Shown here in pieces: positions 14,609-30,622 of a stretch of DNA of 64,000 bases. A program made the position numbers and the translations under genes. This DNA is from the human T2T-CHM13v2.0 reference genome, Homo sapiens, in NCBI RefSeq assembly GCF_009914755.1, contig NC_060934.1; one strand, written 5' to 3'. Position 1 is the stretch's first letter. Every line of letters begins with the position of its first letter. The notes below the pieces were generated by a model that searched no databases, had not been told where the DNA came from, and saw only the letters and a program-made list of their open reading frames with translations.

Positions 14609-14687
14609 GCCCTGCTCTTTCATCTGCACTTTGCAACGTTGATGTATCACTACAGGAAGCTGGCTGCAGATGTCACATTCCACTCCC
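14609..14687 (-). pseudogene. Paralog exon-3-like (FHA)
   Basis: AG acceptor, 79 nt: [26 protein letters not shown] vs GIECDIRIQLPVVSKQHCKIEIHEQE (15/26 identical). The GT donor is missing. Confidence 0.93.
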
Positions 14688-14735
14688 CTTATTCCAAAAG
14701 AATGGAGATTTTTGTCTGGTTATTGCACCTTCTAA

Positions 14736-15437
<702 letters not shown>

Positions 15438-16124
15438 TAGTATGTTTGAACGGTAAATATAATGATATAAATCAATAACTTATTGGGCAATGTAAGTGAT
15501 TTTTCACTGTGCAAATGACTTTTGTAAATATTTTATCAGTAACTCCTTAAACATTAAAAACTAAGAGTACTTAAATAAAAAATCACAATAAAATACAAAA
15601 AATACAAAATTGAATTGCCTTTTATGAAAACAGCTATGCTAAATGACAGATAAGGAGTACTTGAGGTCAGTGTGGAGAAAGAGAAATTATTGTTAATATT
15701 TTCTGCTTTTGTCCTAAAAACCACTGTAGGTTTAAAGTTAACTCTACAAGTGCTGTGTTTTATGCTAGCACTTTACTGTGCCTTAGTATCTTCTTTTACA
15801 AAAAACAGGATCAATTAATGCCTCAAAGTATTGTTCAAATAAATGAGTTATTCATGTCCTTCTTGTCTCGGCACCCAGAAATGCACTTGTATGGTAGCTT
15901 GCGATTGTTGTTTAAACCCACACTGACAGCCTCTATAGTCTCCTAACTTTTAAGTTACTATTCTGTTGGGTATGAGAAAGTGTTACCTAGATTAATCTCC
16001 TCATTCCACAAAGAGATAACAGTAGCAGTTCCACCAGAAGAGAAAATTCCTAAGACCACACTAAATTCACTAAGAGTTTATAGTAAGATTCCTTGTGTCT
16101 TTGTTGTGCCTGTTCCATCCTGTG

Positions 16125-16760
<636 letters not shown>

Positions 16761-17101
16761 GTTTGAGGAAACTGTATAATCTCTTCTCTATAAAAATCTT
16801 GGGATTAGAAGAATGTCTCCTCCTAACCATGTCACCTGACCAAACACTTCGAAATTGGTTTCTAAATTATAAAATCTTGAATAGAAATATACAAAAGTGT
16901 CACTGTCTAATAACTAAAATGATTACCATTTGAGACCAAAATGTGTTGTTGTTGTTTTCCAAGAGAAAGGAAGCTAGAGAAAATGAACAGCTTTTTAAAA
17001 CCCAGGGAGGTAATTTAATTTTTAGGTATCAGGACGTGTCAGCAAAAGAGAGACTGTCTTAATAGAACTGAGAAATTGTTTGGCAGGGGGTCATTATACA
17101 T

Positions 17102-17316
17102 CAGTGCTTCTTAGCCACTGTTATTGACATTTCCCACCAAACAGTGCCTCACCGTGGGGGGCAGAGTCTTATTCACTGCCGGGCACTTAGCATCCCTGAC
17201 CTCTGCTCACTGAAGACAGTGGCCAGCCTCTGCCTCATCCTGACAAAGAAAAAAATCTACTGTCCTTGCAAATCTCTCCTGGGGGGCAATATGGCCCTTG
17301 GTTAGGAACCAGTTCC
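17102..17316. mobile_element. MER20-like element at the equivalent position in the paralog intron
   Basis: CAGTGCTTCT...ATTGACATTT...GGGGGGCA...GGTTAGGAACCAG, flanked by sequence homologous to the flanks of 884-1075. Confidence 0.65.
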
Positions 17317-17551
17317 ATCTGCTGGTTTCAAAACCAAGTCTCCAGCTCACATTTCTGCTGGACAGTTAGTTACCAGAACGCTGAGTACTGATCATATCTT
17401 ATATATAGAACACCAAACCTGGCCCCGCATACATAGGAACAAGATTGTCCTTGCCCTTGGGGAACTGAGTCTGGTGGGAGAAACAAACTCAAAATTCATT
17501 CCTGATGTTGTATGTTAAGAAAGACAAGTTTTCATTAATGGGTTCATCTGA

Positions 17552-17990
<439 letters not shown>

Positions 17991-18880
17991 GCAGATGTGA
18001 GGTGGAATTTCACTAAAATCTGAAGAAGAGAAATAAATCACTCAAGTAGGAGGGTGGGGAGAACTTTCCAGTGATGAAGTTCAAACAGTGTAAAAATGCC
18101 AAGGTGAACAAGGACTTGGAATGCTTTGGATGGGAGGAACAAGGTAGGGGATGGGGTTGGGAGGATGAGGCAAGGCCAGGATGGGTTTCAGGGCCTAGAC
18201 CACACAGGGAGGGACCCCTTGTCAGGCCTCTGGAGGGGCACACGTTAACAGGCTGACAGCAGCACTGTTAGTAACTGTGCCTGTTATGCAGACACAGGGT
18301 TATTACCACCACCAAGCAGGAAGGCAAGAGAAGAGGAAACCTTCCCAAATCACAAAGAGGGGGACTTGTCCTCCCATTTTCTTATTTCCACAAAGAGCTG
18401 AGAGCCTTTCAAGGCCTCCTCTCTTCATTCTCGTAGTGGCCCTAAGTAGCCGGTGGTGCCCAGTGAGGAGAGATCCAGGTAAATACGCTGTCCTCTGAAG
18501 CCGCCTATAGCCAATTAGGTTTAACGTTATCTACCTCTTTTTCCGTTGCAAGATTTTTTTTTTAATCAAATCAATGTTAAAATTTTGGCTTGATTTAAAC
18601 AATCATACACAGAGGGTGGGGGAAAAAAAGAAAGAAAACTTTGTAACTGTAAGCATTATTTTAAAAATTACATTTGGTCCTAAACACTCTCTTGATTCTG
18701 GTGATGGTTTCAAGAGCATTCAACTTTATTAAATTTTACACTTTGAACACATACAAAGTTTTCTGTATTCCAATTAGACCTTAATAAAATTGTGCTTAAA
18801 AAAATAAGCAAACCAAAACCAAAACAAACCAACAACAACAAAAAAAAACCCAAACAAAAAAACAAAACAAAACCAACCAC

Positions 18881-18965
18881 CCTGTACACGCCATCTGGCA
18901 GGCTTTGGGAAATACGCATGGTCACCTCATAATCGTTAATCTATTAAGTCAGAGGGTGTGTACAT
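18881..18965 (-). pseudogene. Paralog exon-2-like segment (degenerate)
   Basis: ATG at 18965 gives MYTPSDLID*RL*GDHAYFPKPARWRVQ then GT, versus MWPTRRLVTIKRSGVDGPHFP. It lies where intron 2 collinearity predicts exon 2. Confidence 0.5.
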
Positions 18966-19082
18966 GTAAAATTGTTATGTATATTCTTAAATTGCCATCT
19001 CCTCTGTTCGAGCTATGTTTTTCTCTTTCACCAATAAGGAAACATAGTATCATTTTTTTTGTCCACTGAAAGACTCAAGTGT

Positions 19083-19540
<458 letters not shown>

Positions 19541-19735
19541 CAAGTGTCTGGGATGCTGCCTCTATCCAGGCAAATTTTGTAAAGCACCTATGGACCCGCA
19601 TCTTTGATCCGCCATGAATTCTGTTAGTGCTTCTTCATTCTGTGTGTCTCACCTCTGAAGAGGATGGGATGTGGTCCTGCTGACATCTGGCACCTCAACG
19701 TAGGTGCCTCTGTACAGTCAGCATAGACTCAGTGA

Positions 19736-20128
<393 letters not shown>

Positions 20129-21990
20129 TAGCTTTTAGAATAGCATCTGAATTCCTGCCTGGCTGTCTGAGGCTGTGGCCTTCCTGCCTCCTGGCCTCTT
20201 TTGATCTCTTGATCCAGTCCCCATGCTCAGCCCCCTGGGCTTCTTCCTTCCTGGAAGGTGCCAAGCTCCTTGTGCCTCAGGGCTGTTGATTCTGCTGTTT
20301 CTTACACTGGAATTCTTCCTGGAGGAGGGAGAGGAGGTGAGCTTTGTGACTGGATGAGCCACTCCTGGAGCAGGTATTGTGAAGCCTCCAGAAGAGGAAT
20401 CAACCTGGATGTGCCTTGACCGGTGAAGACCTGCTCCAGCCACAGGGGGTTCTGCATCAGCCCACCTGCCCGCACACAGATTAACCACCTGGACAAAAGG
20501 GAACCAGGGCATAGATCTCAACTCTCCAACTTTAGAGAAAGGCAGTGAAACAAAACATAACATCAAAAAGTATGGGCTTATGAGTATATATGCACATCTG
20601 CTTTTATTAAAAAGAAGCTACAGGAAGATAAACCATACAACGTAAATATGGAGAAGGGAGGGGATAGGGATAGAAGCCCAGTTTCTCTGAACTGTCTTCT
20701 TTGGTAGACTTGACTTTTGAGCCTTATAAATATTTACATAAATATAAAACCAATTAAATCAATAAAGACAAAAAGAAGAAACCCTAAAAGTAGAAATTAA
20801 AATACAACTGTGTATCATGCAGCAATATAGCTCCATAGAGAGGAATAATTTAGTTATTTTAAACACACCAATGTAAGGGTACTTCTCTAGACAGACATTC
20901 TCTGAGGATAAAATGAACTGAAAACCAAGATTAATCAGTTTCCAAGAATTGTGTTGGTAGTGATATTGATGTTTTTCTGAACCTATATATTATGATAGGA
21001 TGAGGCAAATAAGCGATTATTTGAACATCACTAGGAATAGGATTTTTTTAGCCTAAGAAAAAAGGAATATAAAGTCAAAAAGTTGTGTTTTGTGGCCACT
21101 GTGCAAAAGCAGAAGGGGGTCCCCACCCAAAATTTGGTTTGGGTATCAGGACTGATGGTGCCACACATCCACCCAGAGGGTATGGGAAGGGTTATTACTC
21201 ACATAATTGAGCTCTTTGGGGCAACAGATAGGCCTCCCAAGAGGGTGTGAAATGGCCTGAGAAAGCAGGGAAGGATCTGGCTTGTGGTTAGGGCTGGGGC
21301 CTGTTGAGAGCTGGTGGCAGGGCCTCTGTGGGTTGAGGAAGAAGCTGAAGCTTTCTTATTAGTTTGCCCAGATGTGGGGTTGGGGAGTGGGGAGAGGGAA
21401 GGATGAGGCTTTAAGGCCACCAGCAGTCGAACATCAAACATCAGAAATGGAGTCTGACTCCTTATGGCATTCAGTAAATTCTGTACTGAGAATGTCAGGA
21501 TGAACTCATGGTGTATTATCTTTCAAAATTTAAAATAAAACAGATTTCCTTGTATATCCACTGAAGAGGCCTTGAATTTACCCCATAGTTATGAGTGTCC
21601 TTACATCCTAGATTATGACCTTGAAAACCATTTTCCATTAAAAGGAGTTAAGTTTCCTTGTAGAAATGGTGGATTCCAGATCCGGAGCAAGAAACCTACA
21701 GGATGACCCTGGAGCATTTTGTCACATCAACAAGCAAGGATGCTCTAAAAACATAAAAATAAAAACCTACTGTGATCATGTCTGAAGGACCCAGGAGCCA
21801 ATCTGAAGAGACTCTCCTCTGCTTAACATTGGGAAGCTGTGATCTTCAGTAAAAATAATGTCTGCCGTAATTTGAAACACATCAAATATGTTTAAGTTCC
21901 TCAAACTCACAATGATACTTTTCAAAAAGGAAGAATGGAAGAAAGAAGGGAGGAAGAGAAGCTCGTTAAGTATCTTTGGACCATGCAAGG

Positions 21991-22401
21991 TGATATGGTT
22001 TGGATCCGTGTCCCTGCCCAAATCTCATGTCGAATTATCATCCCCCATGTTGGAGGTGGCACCTGTTGGGGAGTGATTGGATCTTGGGGCAGCTTCTTAT
22101 GGTTGAACGCCATCCCTCTTGGTGCTATCATTAGGAGAGTAGTGAGCTCTCCTAAAATCTGGCTGTTGAACAGTGTGTGGGGCCTCGCCCTTCTCTCTTC
22201 TTCCTACTCTGGCCACGTGAAGTGCCTTGCTGCACCTCTGCCTTCTGCCATGACTGGAAGCTTCCTGAGGCCTCCCCAGAAGCAGAAGCCACTATGCTTC
22301 CTGTACAGCCAGCAGAACCATGAGTCAATTAAACCTTTTTTCTTTGTAAATTACTCAGTTTCAGGTATTTCTTTATAGCAATGCAAGAATGGACTAATAC
22401 A
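21991..22401 (+). mobile_element. MaLR LTR (MST family)
   Basis: TGATATGGTTTGGAT...CCCAAATCTCATG...ATTAAACCT...GGACTAATACA. Confidence 0.85.
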
Positions 22402-22850
22402 AAAGGAAACCAGCCATTTAGGCAAAAAAAAGGGACAGGACCAAGCTTTCATCTGCCCATGCTGTTGGGACTGGACTCCACTGTTATCAGGCAGTTGATC
22501 CTCAGGGAGTTTCTCTCTATAGATGTATTGAGTAAATGAATGGAGAAGGAAAATGGACGTAGAATATCATAACTATGTACAGCCTTAATGAAAAAATAAA
22601 TCTAGGCAATTGTATAACTCAAAGGCTGCTCACAGCACAAAAGGAGACAGAGCGTGGCATGCACCCTGCAGGAAGTGTCCACCTTGGCCTCTGAGTAGTC
22701 TGGAAAAAAATCACCCTGAAGGATCTGCCAGTTTACAAGAACCGTGGGGAAGAGAGAAACTGGGAAACTTCACCAGTGGGGTGTAGTAAACAAAATCCAG
22801 AATGTGGGTGACTCCAGAGGACGAAGAATGTGATTTCTTCAAAACACTGA

Positions 22851-23180
<330 letters not shown>

Positions 23181-23657
23181 CCAAGAACCAACATATTTTA
23201 AAGCAGATCAAAGGACTTCGACTCACTTTCCTCCCACCAACAACTTTAAAACTGGACAACATACCTTAGGCAGATCTTTTCCGGTATTCTGCTACAGCCA
23301 GCGCAAGGCTGCCATCCTTGAGAGGCGGGAGGCACATGACCTGAGCTCCTCTTTCCCCTCACTCCCAGGTTTCAGTTAGGGTGCAGGGAGGTGAGACCAC
23401 GTGGAGAGGAATGGCCTCTCTGCTCTAAGAAGGCAGAGATCGGAGTTTGTGGCTGTGGAGAAAGGTGGGTTTGTGGGTGAGGCTGTGTGGGAGGAAGCTG
23501 CACAGGGTAGGGGCAGGCAGTGGTCTGCCTGAGAGATGCTGTCAGTCCTTAGCCAAGGGCTGGATTTGGAAAGTCCAAGGAAAGGCTCTGCAAGGAGACT
23601 CTGCAGGGAACAGCTGCTGAGAGAAAAATCTGCCCACCTGGATTTTCATATAAAAGG

Positions 23658-24020
23658 GATATGGTTTGGCTGTGTCTCCACCCAAATCTCATCTTGAATT
23701 GTAGCTCCCATAATTCCCACATGTTGTGGCAGGGACCCAGTGGGAGGGAATTGAATCATGGGGGTGGTTTCCTCCACACTATTCTCGTGGTAGTGATTAC
23801 ATCTCACCAGATCTGATGGTTTTATAAGGGGAAACCCCTTTTGCTTAGTTCTCAATTCTCTCTTGCCTGCTGCCATGCAAGAGTGCCTTTTGCCTTCCGC
23901 CTTCTGCCATGATTGTGAGGCCTCCAGCCATGTGGAACTGAGTCCATTAAACCTCTTTTTCTTTATAAATTACTGAGTCTCGGGTATGTCTTTATCAACA
24001 GCGTGAAAATGCACCAAAGA
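23658..24020 (+). mobile_element. MaLR LTR (THE1 family)
   Basis: GATATGGTTTGGCTGTGTCTCCACCCAAATCTCATCTTGAATTGTAGCTCCC...ATTAAACCTCTT. Confidence 0.9.
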
Positions 24021-24079
24021 ACATGTCTTGTTAAAATAAGGGTGAAATAAAGGCACTTTCAGAGAAATAAAAACGGAAC

Positions 24080-24840
24080 TCATTCCCATCACATCAGGGA
24101 AATGCCATTTAAACCCACAATTAGAAAAGTCACACCCACCTTGATGGCTCAGACAAAATAGATGGCAAAGAGCAAACGGGGAGGAGGTGGGGACAGTGGA
24201 ACTCTCATACTTGGCTGGTGGGAACATTAATGGTAAAACTGTGCTGTGAAAACTCTGGGCAGTTTCTTACAAAGTTAAATAGACTTCTTCCCTATGATCC
24301 AGCAATTCCACTATGAGGAATTTGCTGAAGAGAAAACGAAGGCATGTTGCCACAAGAGACTTGGATAAGCAACTTTACTCACTACATCCAAAACTTGGGA
24401 ACAATCCAAATAGCCATCAACAGGATATTTCCTAACAGAATAAATTACAATATAAATTGCATTATATTCAGATGGTGAAATACTACAAAGGAATGAACAT
24501 ACACATAATATTGGTATGTGCAACGCTGTGGATGAATCTCAAAAACATTATATGGGGTGAAAGAAATGTGGCAGATAAAACAATATATTGTTTAATTTTA
24601 TTTATGTGAATTTCCAAAACAGCAAAAGTATTCTATGATAATGGAAACCAGATCAGCGGTTTCCTCTGGGCTGGGTTCATGGGGAGAGGGGAGGGAATTT
24701 TCAGAGGTAATAGAAACTTTCATATTTTGATTGATGTGTGGATCACACAGGTGGTTCACATTTGCCAAAACTCTCAGAACTCTACACTTAAGGTCTGTTC
24801 ATTTTACTATGCATACATTTTTTACCTTAATTAAAGAAAC
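24080..24840 (+). mobile_element. Old L1M 3' fragment
   Basis: TATGATCCAGCAATTCCACT and TGGATGAATCTCAAAAACATTA, L1 3' motifs. Confidence 0.75.
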
Positions 24841-24855
24841 TTTAAAAACCAACCG

Positions 24856-25165
<310 letters not shown>

Positions 25166-25554
25166 CAAACCAACCAGATACAATTCATGGGGCTTATTGG
25201 GACCTGAATTGGAAAAATCAACTGTTACAACTCTTAACTACACTTTTATGAAGCAGTTGGAGAAATTTGAACATTGAAATTTGATGGCATCCAGGAAATA
25301 CTTTTTGGTGTGATGATTTTATTATTAGTGTGGCAATGGCATTGTTATATTAAAAAGAGTCTTTAACTGTTAGTGACACACCCTGGAATATTTATGGAGA
25401 AAGAGAGATGATTTCTCACATTTGCTCCAAAATAACCCCACAGGGGTGGGGTACAGTGTGGTTAAGTGTCCTGGGGGTGGGGATTAATAGGTGACACCTA
25501 GCTATGAACATCAATCTCTGAAGCTAGGTGATGGGTACACGGGGTTTGTGTATT

Positions 25555-25845
25555 TTCTTTTCTTTTTTTGAGATGGAGTCTCTCTCTGTGGCCCAGGCTG
25601 GAGTGCAGTGACGCGATCTCGGCTCACGGCAACCTCCGCCTCCTGGGTTCAAGGATTCTCCTGCCTCTGCCTCCCCAGTAGCTGTGATTGCAGGACCGTG
25701 CCACCACGCCCAGCTAATTTTTGTATTTTTAGTAGAGACAGGGTTTCACCATGTTGGCTGGTCTCGAACTTTCCACCTCAAGTAAACCGCCCGCCTCCGC
25801 CTTCCAAAGTGCTGAATTACAGGCATGAGCCACCACGCCCGGCCA
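25555..25845 (-). mobile_element. AluS
   Basis: Antisense Alu. Confidence 0.88.
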
Positions 25846-26339
25846 GTTTGTGATTCTTTCTACTTCTGTGTATGGTTAAAATTTTGCACGAGAACAAGGT
25901 TTTACAATTAAGTGTTTCAGCCATGAAGAACATTAGGAAGTCAGTCGTGGCGGGCATGGGGTTCCGTGACAGGGGTGGAGCTGGCAGGGAGAGGTGCCAG
26001 GCCCTGGTGCCGGGGCGCGCCCTACGTCTGGGGACCCCGTCCTGGGGAGTTCCTGGGTCCCGACAGCTTCAAGGCCTCTGGCTCTGGGCGGCCTCAGCAT
26101 TGTAGTGTCACCCGCCGCCGGCTTCCCGCACAGTCAGGACGACCCCGCGTCCGGTGACAGCCGTCCGACCCCTCTCAGAAAAGGAACTTCCCTTAACATT
26201 TAAAGTACATCAATTGCCAACATTTCAAACAAAAATCTAGCTTTCTGGCTTCTCTTGAAAGAGCAAAGGATCAGGTCACCTTCGCAGGCCCAGACTCCAC
26301 CGTCAGCTGCCGCCGACGGAGCCCACAGAGGAGGCTCGG

Positions 26340-26646
26340 GCGCCCGCGCCCCCTGCGCAGCGGCCCCTCCGCAGCGGCCCCAGCCCGCGTCCCCGCAGCG
26401 CCCCTTCCGAAGCGCCCCCTCCGAAGCGCCCACAGCCCGCGTTCCCGCCCGCACCCCAGCCCGCGCCCCCTGCCCGGGTTCCCGCAGTGCCCCCTCCGCA
26501 GCGCCCCCTCCGCAGTGCCCCCAGCCCGCCTCCTCGCAGCGCCCCCCGCAGCGCCCCCCGCAGCGCCCCCAGCCCGCCCCACCTGCAGCGCCCCCAGCCT
26601 GTGTCCCCGGCCCGCGACACCAGCCGGCGCCCCGCAGCGCCCCCGC
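26340..26646. repeat. GC-rich minisatellite, core CGCAGCGCCCC(C) with interspersed CAGCCCGC
   Basis: Repeated CCGCAGCGCCCCC / CCGAAGCGCCCC / CAGCCCGCG units. Confidence 0.9.
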
Positions 26647-26702
26647 ACGTCGGTCACAGGAGCGGAGCCCACGCGGCCCTGGAGCGCGGTGGCTGGGCCC
26701 GT

Positions 26703-26719
26703 AGCGCCACCTGGCGGCG
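26703..26719 (-). promoter_or_regulatory. CTCF core motif
   Basis: Minus strand GCCGCCAGGTGGCGCT matches CCRSYAGRKGGCRS. Confidence 0.65.
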
Positions 26720-28333
26720 GATCAGGGCCCCCGCGCCCTTGCGTCCTCGGAAGGGGGAGGGGAAGGGACTCCACCCTGCACCCCCCACAGCGCGCTCCCG
26801 AGGCCGTTTCCCAAGGATGCGCGGGCCCGAGGGGATGGGGACGCGGCCCGCGCGGCGCGTTCCTGGCTACCTGGAGTCTGGGAATGGCGAATCCCACTCG
26901 CAGCGGACACAGGCGAGGCGCAGCGGGACGGGATTGGTGGGAACGGAAACAGCGGTCACCTGGGAGCCCAGAACCAGCGAGTGCGCGGTGCAGCGTTCGC
27001 TTACCAAACGTTGTGGGACAAACGCCTTTCAACTGTTTCTGGACGCCAGTGGGCCGGCGTTACCCTGTTGAGCCATTCCTTTCTATTAGCTTACTATTGT
27101 TAGTATTGTTATTATTTGGAAACTTTAGCCTACAACGATATATTTATTAATTTGGAAACTTAAGACATATCTGCCCAATCAGCCACTCTGTGTTTTAGGC
27201 ATTCATCTCTGGTCCGTTTGATCTCAGGCAGCGTGCTGAAAAGGATGAACCGGGCAGCTGGAGTTGTCCAGGGGCACGTAGCCTGCGGGGCGCACGGAGG
27301 GGCCTCGAGCGCGTGGCCCTGCGCGTCCCGGGGGGCGCCCGCTGTCCACAGCCGCCTAGGGAGCTCCGCCACCACCCCTCGGAGATGGAACTCCCATGAC
27401 ACAAATTTCCCTATATAGCAAACCTGTGCTTGTACCCCTGAACTTAAAAGTTCTCCCCCACCAAAACACAAAAAACTAAAAACTAAGGAACATTCCTTCC
27501 TAGACGTCTATAATCAGTATCATAAAGATCCCCTTGCTGGTGGTTACCCAACTAAGAGTTCATGGAGCAACAGTTTAACTTTTGTTTTCTTTTAAAATCA
27601 AAGCTGTACTTACACCTGATTTAAAAAACAAAATAGGTTTAGAAGGCTTGTTACAAATCACACACCCCCGTAACTCAGAGCAACCCTGTTCGGCCCACCT
27701 GCTGTTATTCCTTTCCCAGGAGGCAACTGCTTTGGATCCTTTTAGCTAACCAGCGGTGCAGCGACGGATTCTGTGTTGGTGCAGTCCTTCTTGCTGTCTC
27801 ATGGTTGAGCACCCTTCCCACTGGGGAGATGATAAAGCACACCGGGTTCTTCCCTGTCACCGCCCGCAACCCCCACTCATGCCTTTCCTATCCATGCATG
27901 CTTCTCATGTACTTATATTGTGATTTTGACTACAACAGTGTACATTATTACAGCTATGTAAATGCTGTTTGAAGCTAAGCCATGTAGTAAATGATGGTTA
28001 CCATTTACTTGATTGAACATTTATTTTTTTTTCCTGGAGTCAATTTTCTTTAATTTTTTTTTCCCGTTGCTCAGTTTTATGCATTCATCACAGAGTCATT
28101 TGTCTTGACCTTCCAGATGTCTACTTGAGGAAGCCTCTCCCAGAGCTTCTGACGGGGCATCCGGCCTGCACCCTTTACTTCCCAGAGCCTGTGCCTCATG
28201 GGGCCTGGCTTCTCCCGACCATTGCCCTGGGATTCTCTTCTCTTCCTGGTGCTTGACCCTAGAGGGCCTGCATTCCTGAGAAATGTTCTTCTTTCTTGGT
28301 TTGCTATTGAGCACCCCCACTGGCCATCTCCTA

Positions 28334-28709
<376 letters not shown>

Positions 28710-30100
28710 CTATTATTCTACTTTACACCTGCTCTGTTCTTGATTTTCCTTTAGAATTTCGGAGGCTTCAGTCCCTTGTTTTTTGGCTCCTGGTTTTGTT
28801 GTCAAGAGGCCTGAAGCCAGCCTGATCCCTGATCCCTGATCCTCACCTGTGGCCTGTTTTTCGTTTGCCTTTTTCCTCTCTGGAAATTGGAGGGGTCGTC
28901 TGCTTGTTCTGAGAGCTCTGAGTTTTCACCATAGTGTGCATTTCCATGGGCCTACTTTCATCAGTTGCATTCAGGCTGCTTGTGAGGCCCTTTAAGCTAG
29001 AATTTCATGATCTGGGGTGTTTTCTAGGATGATTTTATGAGTTAATTTCCTCCCCTTGGTCTTCACTACTCTTTCTTTCTGGACACTCCTGTGATTTGGA
29101 TATTTGACTTCCTGGGCTGAATCTTTCATTTGCTTGTCCTTTCTTTCCTATTATCAATTTCTTTTTCTTTTGGGTGTCTGGGAGATCGCCTTGATTTTTT
29201 TTTTTGTTCCAATCTTTTTGTTAATTTTTTAACCTTTGTTATAGTATTTTTAATTCTCAGGAATACTTTTTTGCTCTCTAAATATTCCTTTTGATGAATC
29301 TCTGTCCTTGTTGTATGGTTTTAGTATCTGCTCCCAGCTCTCTGTGGATATTAATGATTTTTTTTCCTTTTCCATATACAGTTTCCGTTTGCCTTGAGTT
29401 GCATGTTTCTGTCCATCTGTTTTGGTCACTGTCTTCCACGTGGTTTCCTTTCCTCTGCTGTCCAGTGCTTCCTGATCATTTGCCGTTAAACACTGACACA
29501 AAGCCGACAGACATCTCTCAGTGCCTGGGGCTGTGGCCTGGGAGCTGGGCAGTGGGGTGGGTGGTCTGGGAGGTTGGTTGGAGCACCCACCCCCATGTCA
29601 GTCTTTGTAGCTCTTTCCTCCCTTTCAGGTGGTTGGATTCCCTGGGGAAGACATCCCTGCTCTCCTGCCTGGAGGGCACAGCCCTGTCGTCAGTTTTCTG
29701 AGAGCCCAGTTGGGAAACAGGCTGCTGGTATGCACTGAGCCCCTCTGTTTCTACAGGAATTCCCAGTCCTCAACTGTGTCCAGGGTCTCTCAGCCCAGGG
29801 ACCTCTTTCATAGCCTCTGGCCTTCCTCTGGAGCGGAAAGGGACAGCAGCATCTGGCCGAGGGGAGTGGGAGAGGAGCCGGGGCTCTCGCCACTTTGCAA
29901 CAGCCGTCCAATCCGGTGCCAAGGGGAGTGGGGGAGGAGCCAGGGGCTGTCACCATCTTGTAACAGGCGTCCAATCCCATCCCACTTGAGACCACCCCTC
30001 AGAGAATGCTAAGCAGCTCTTCACGTGCTTATCTCTGGTGCCTCCTCCCCACCTCCTGTGGCTCCTGCCACCATGTCCCCAGCCTCTCTTCCCTAGGTAA

Positions 30101-30622
<522 letters not shown>

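Larger units (their letters stand above)
25940..27380. promoter_or_regulatory. Second CpG island
   Basis: High GC/CpG over about 1.4 kb, not explained by Alu. Confidence 0.88.

Noticed and set aside
26200-27150. Overlapping ORFs up to 253 aa in the second CpG island
   Set aside because: They arise from the minisatellite and GC content and are open in many frames on both strands.
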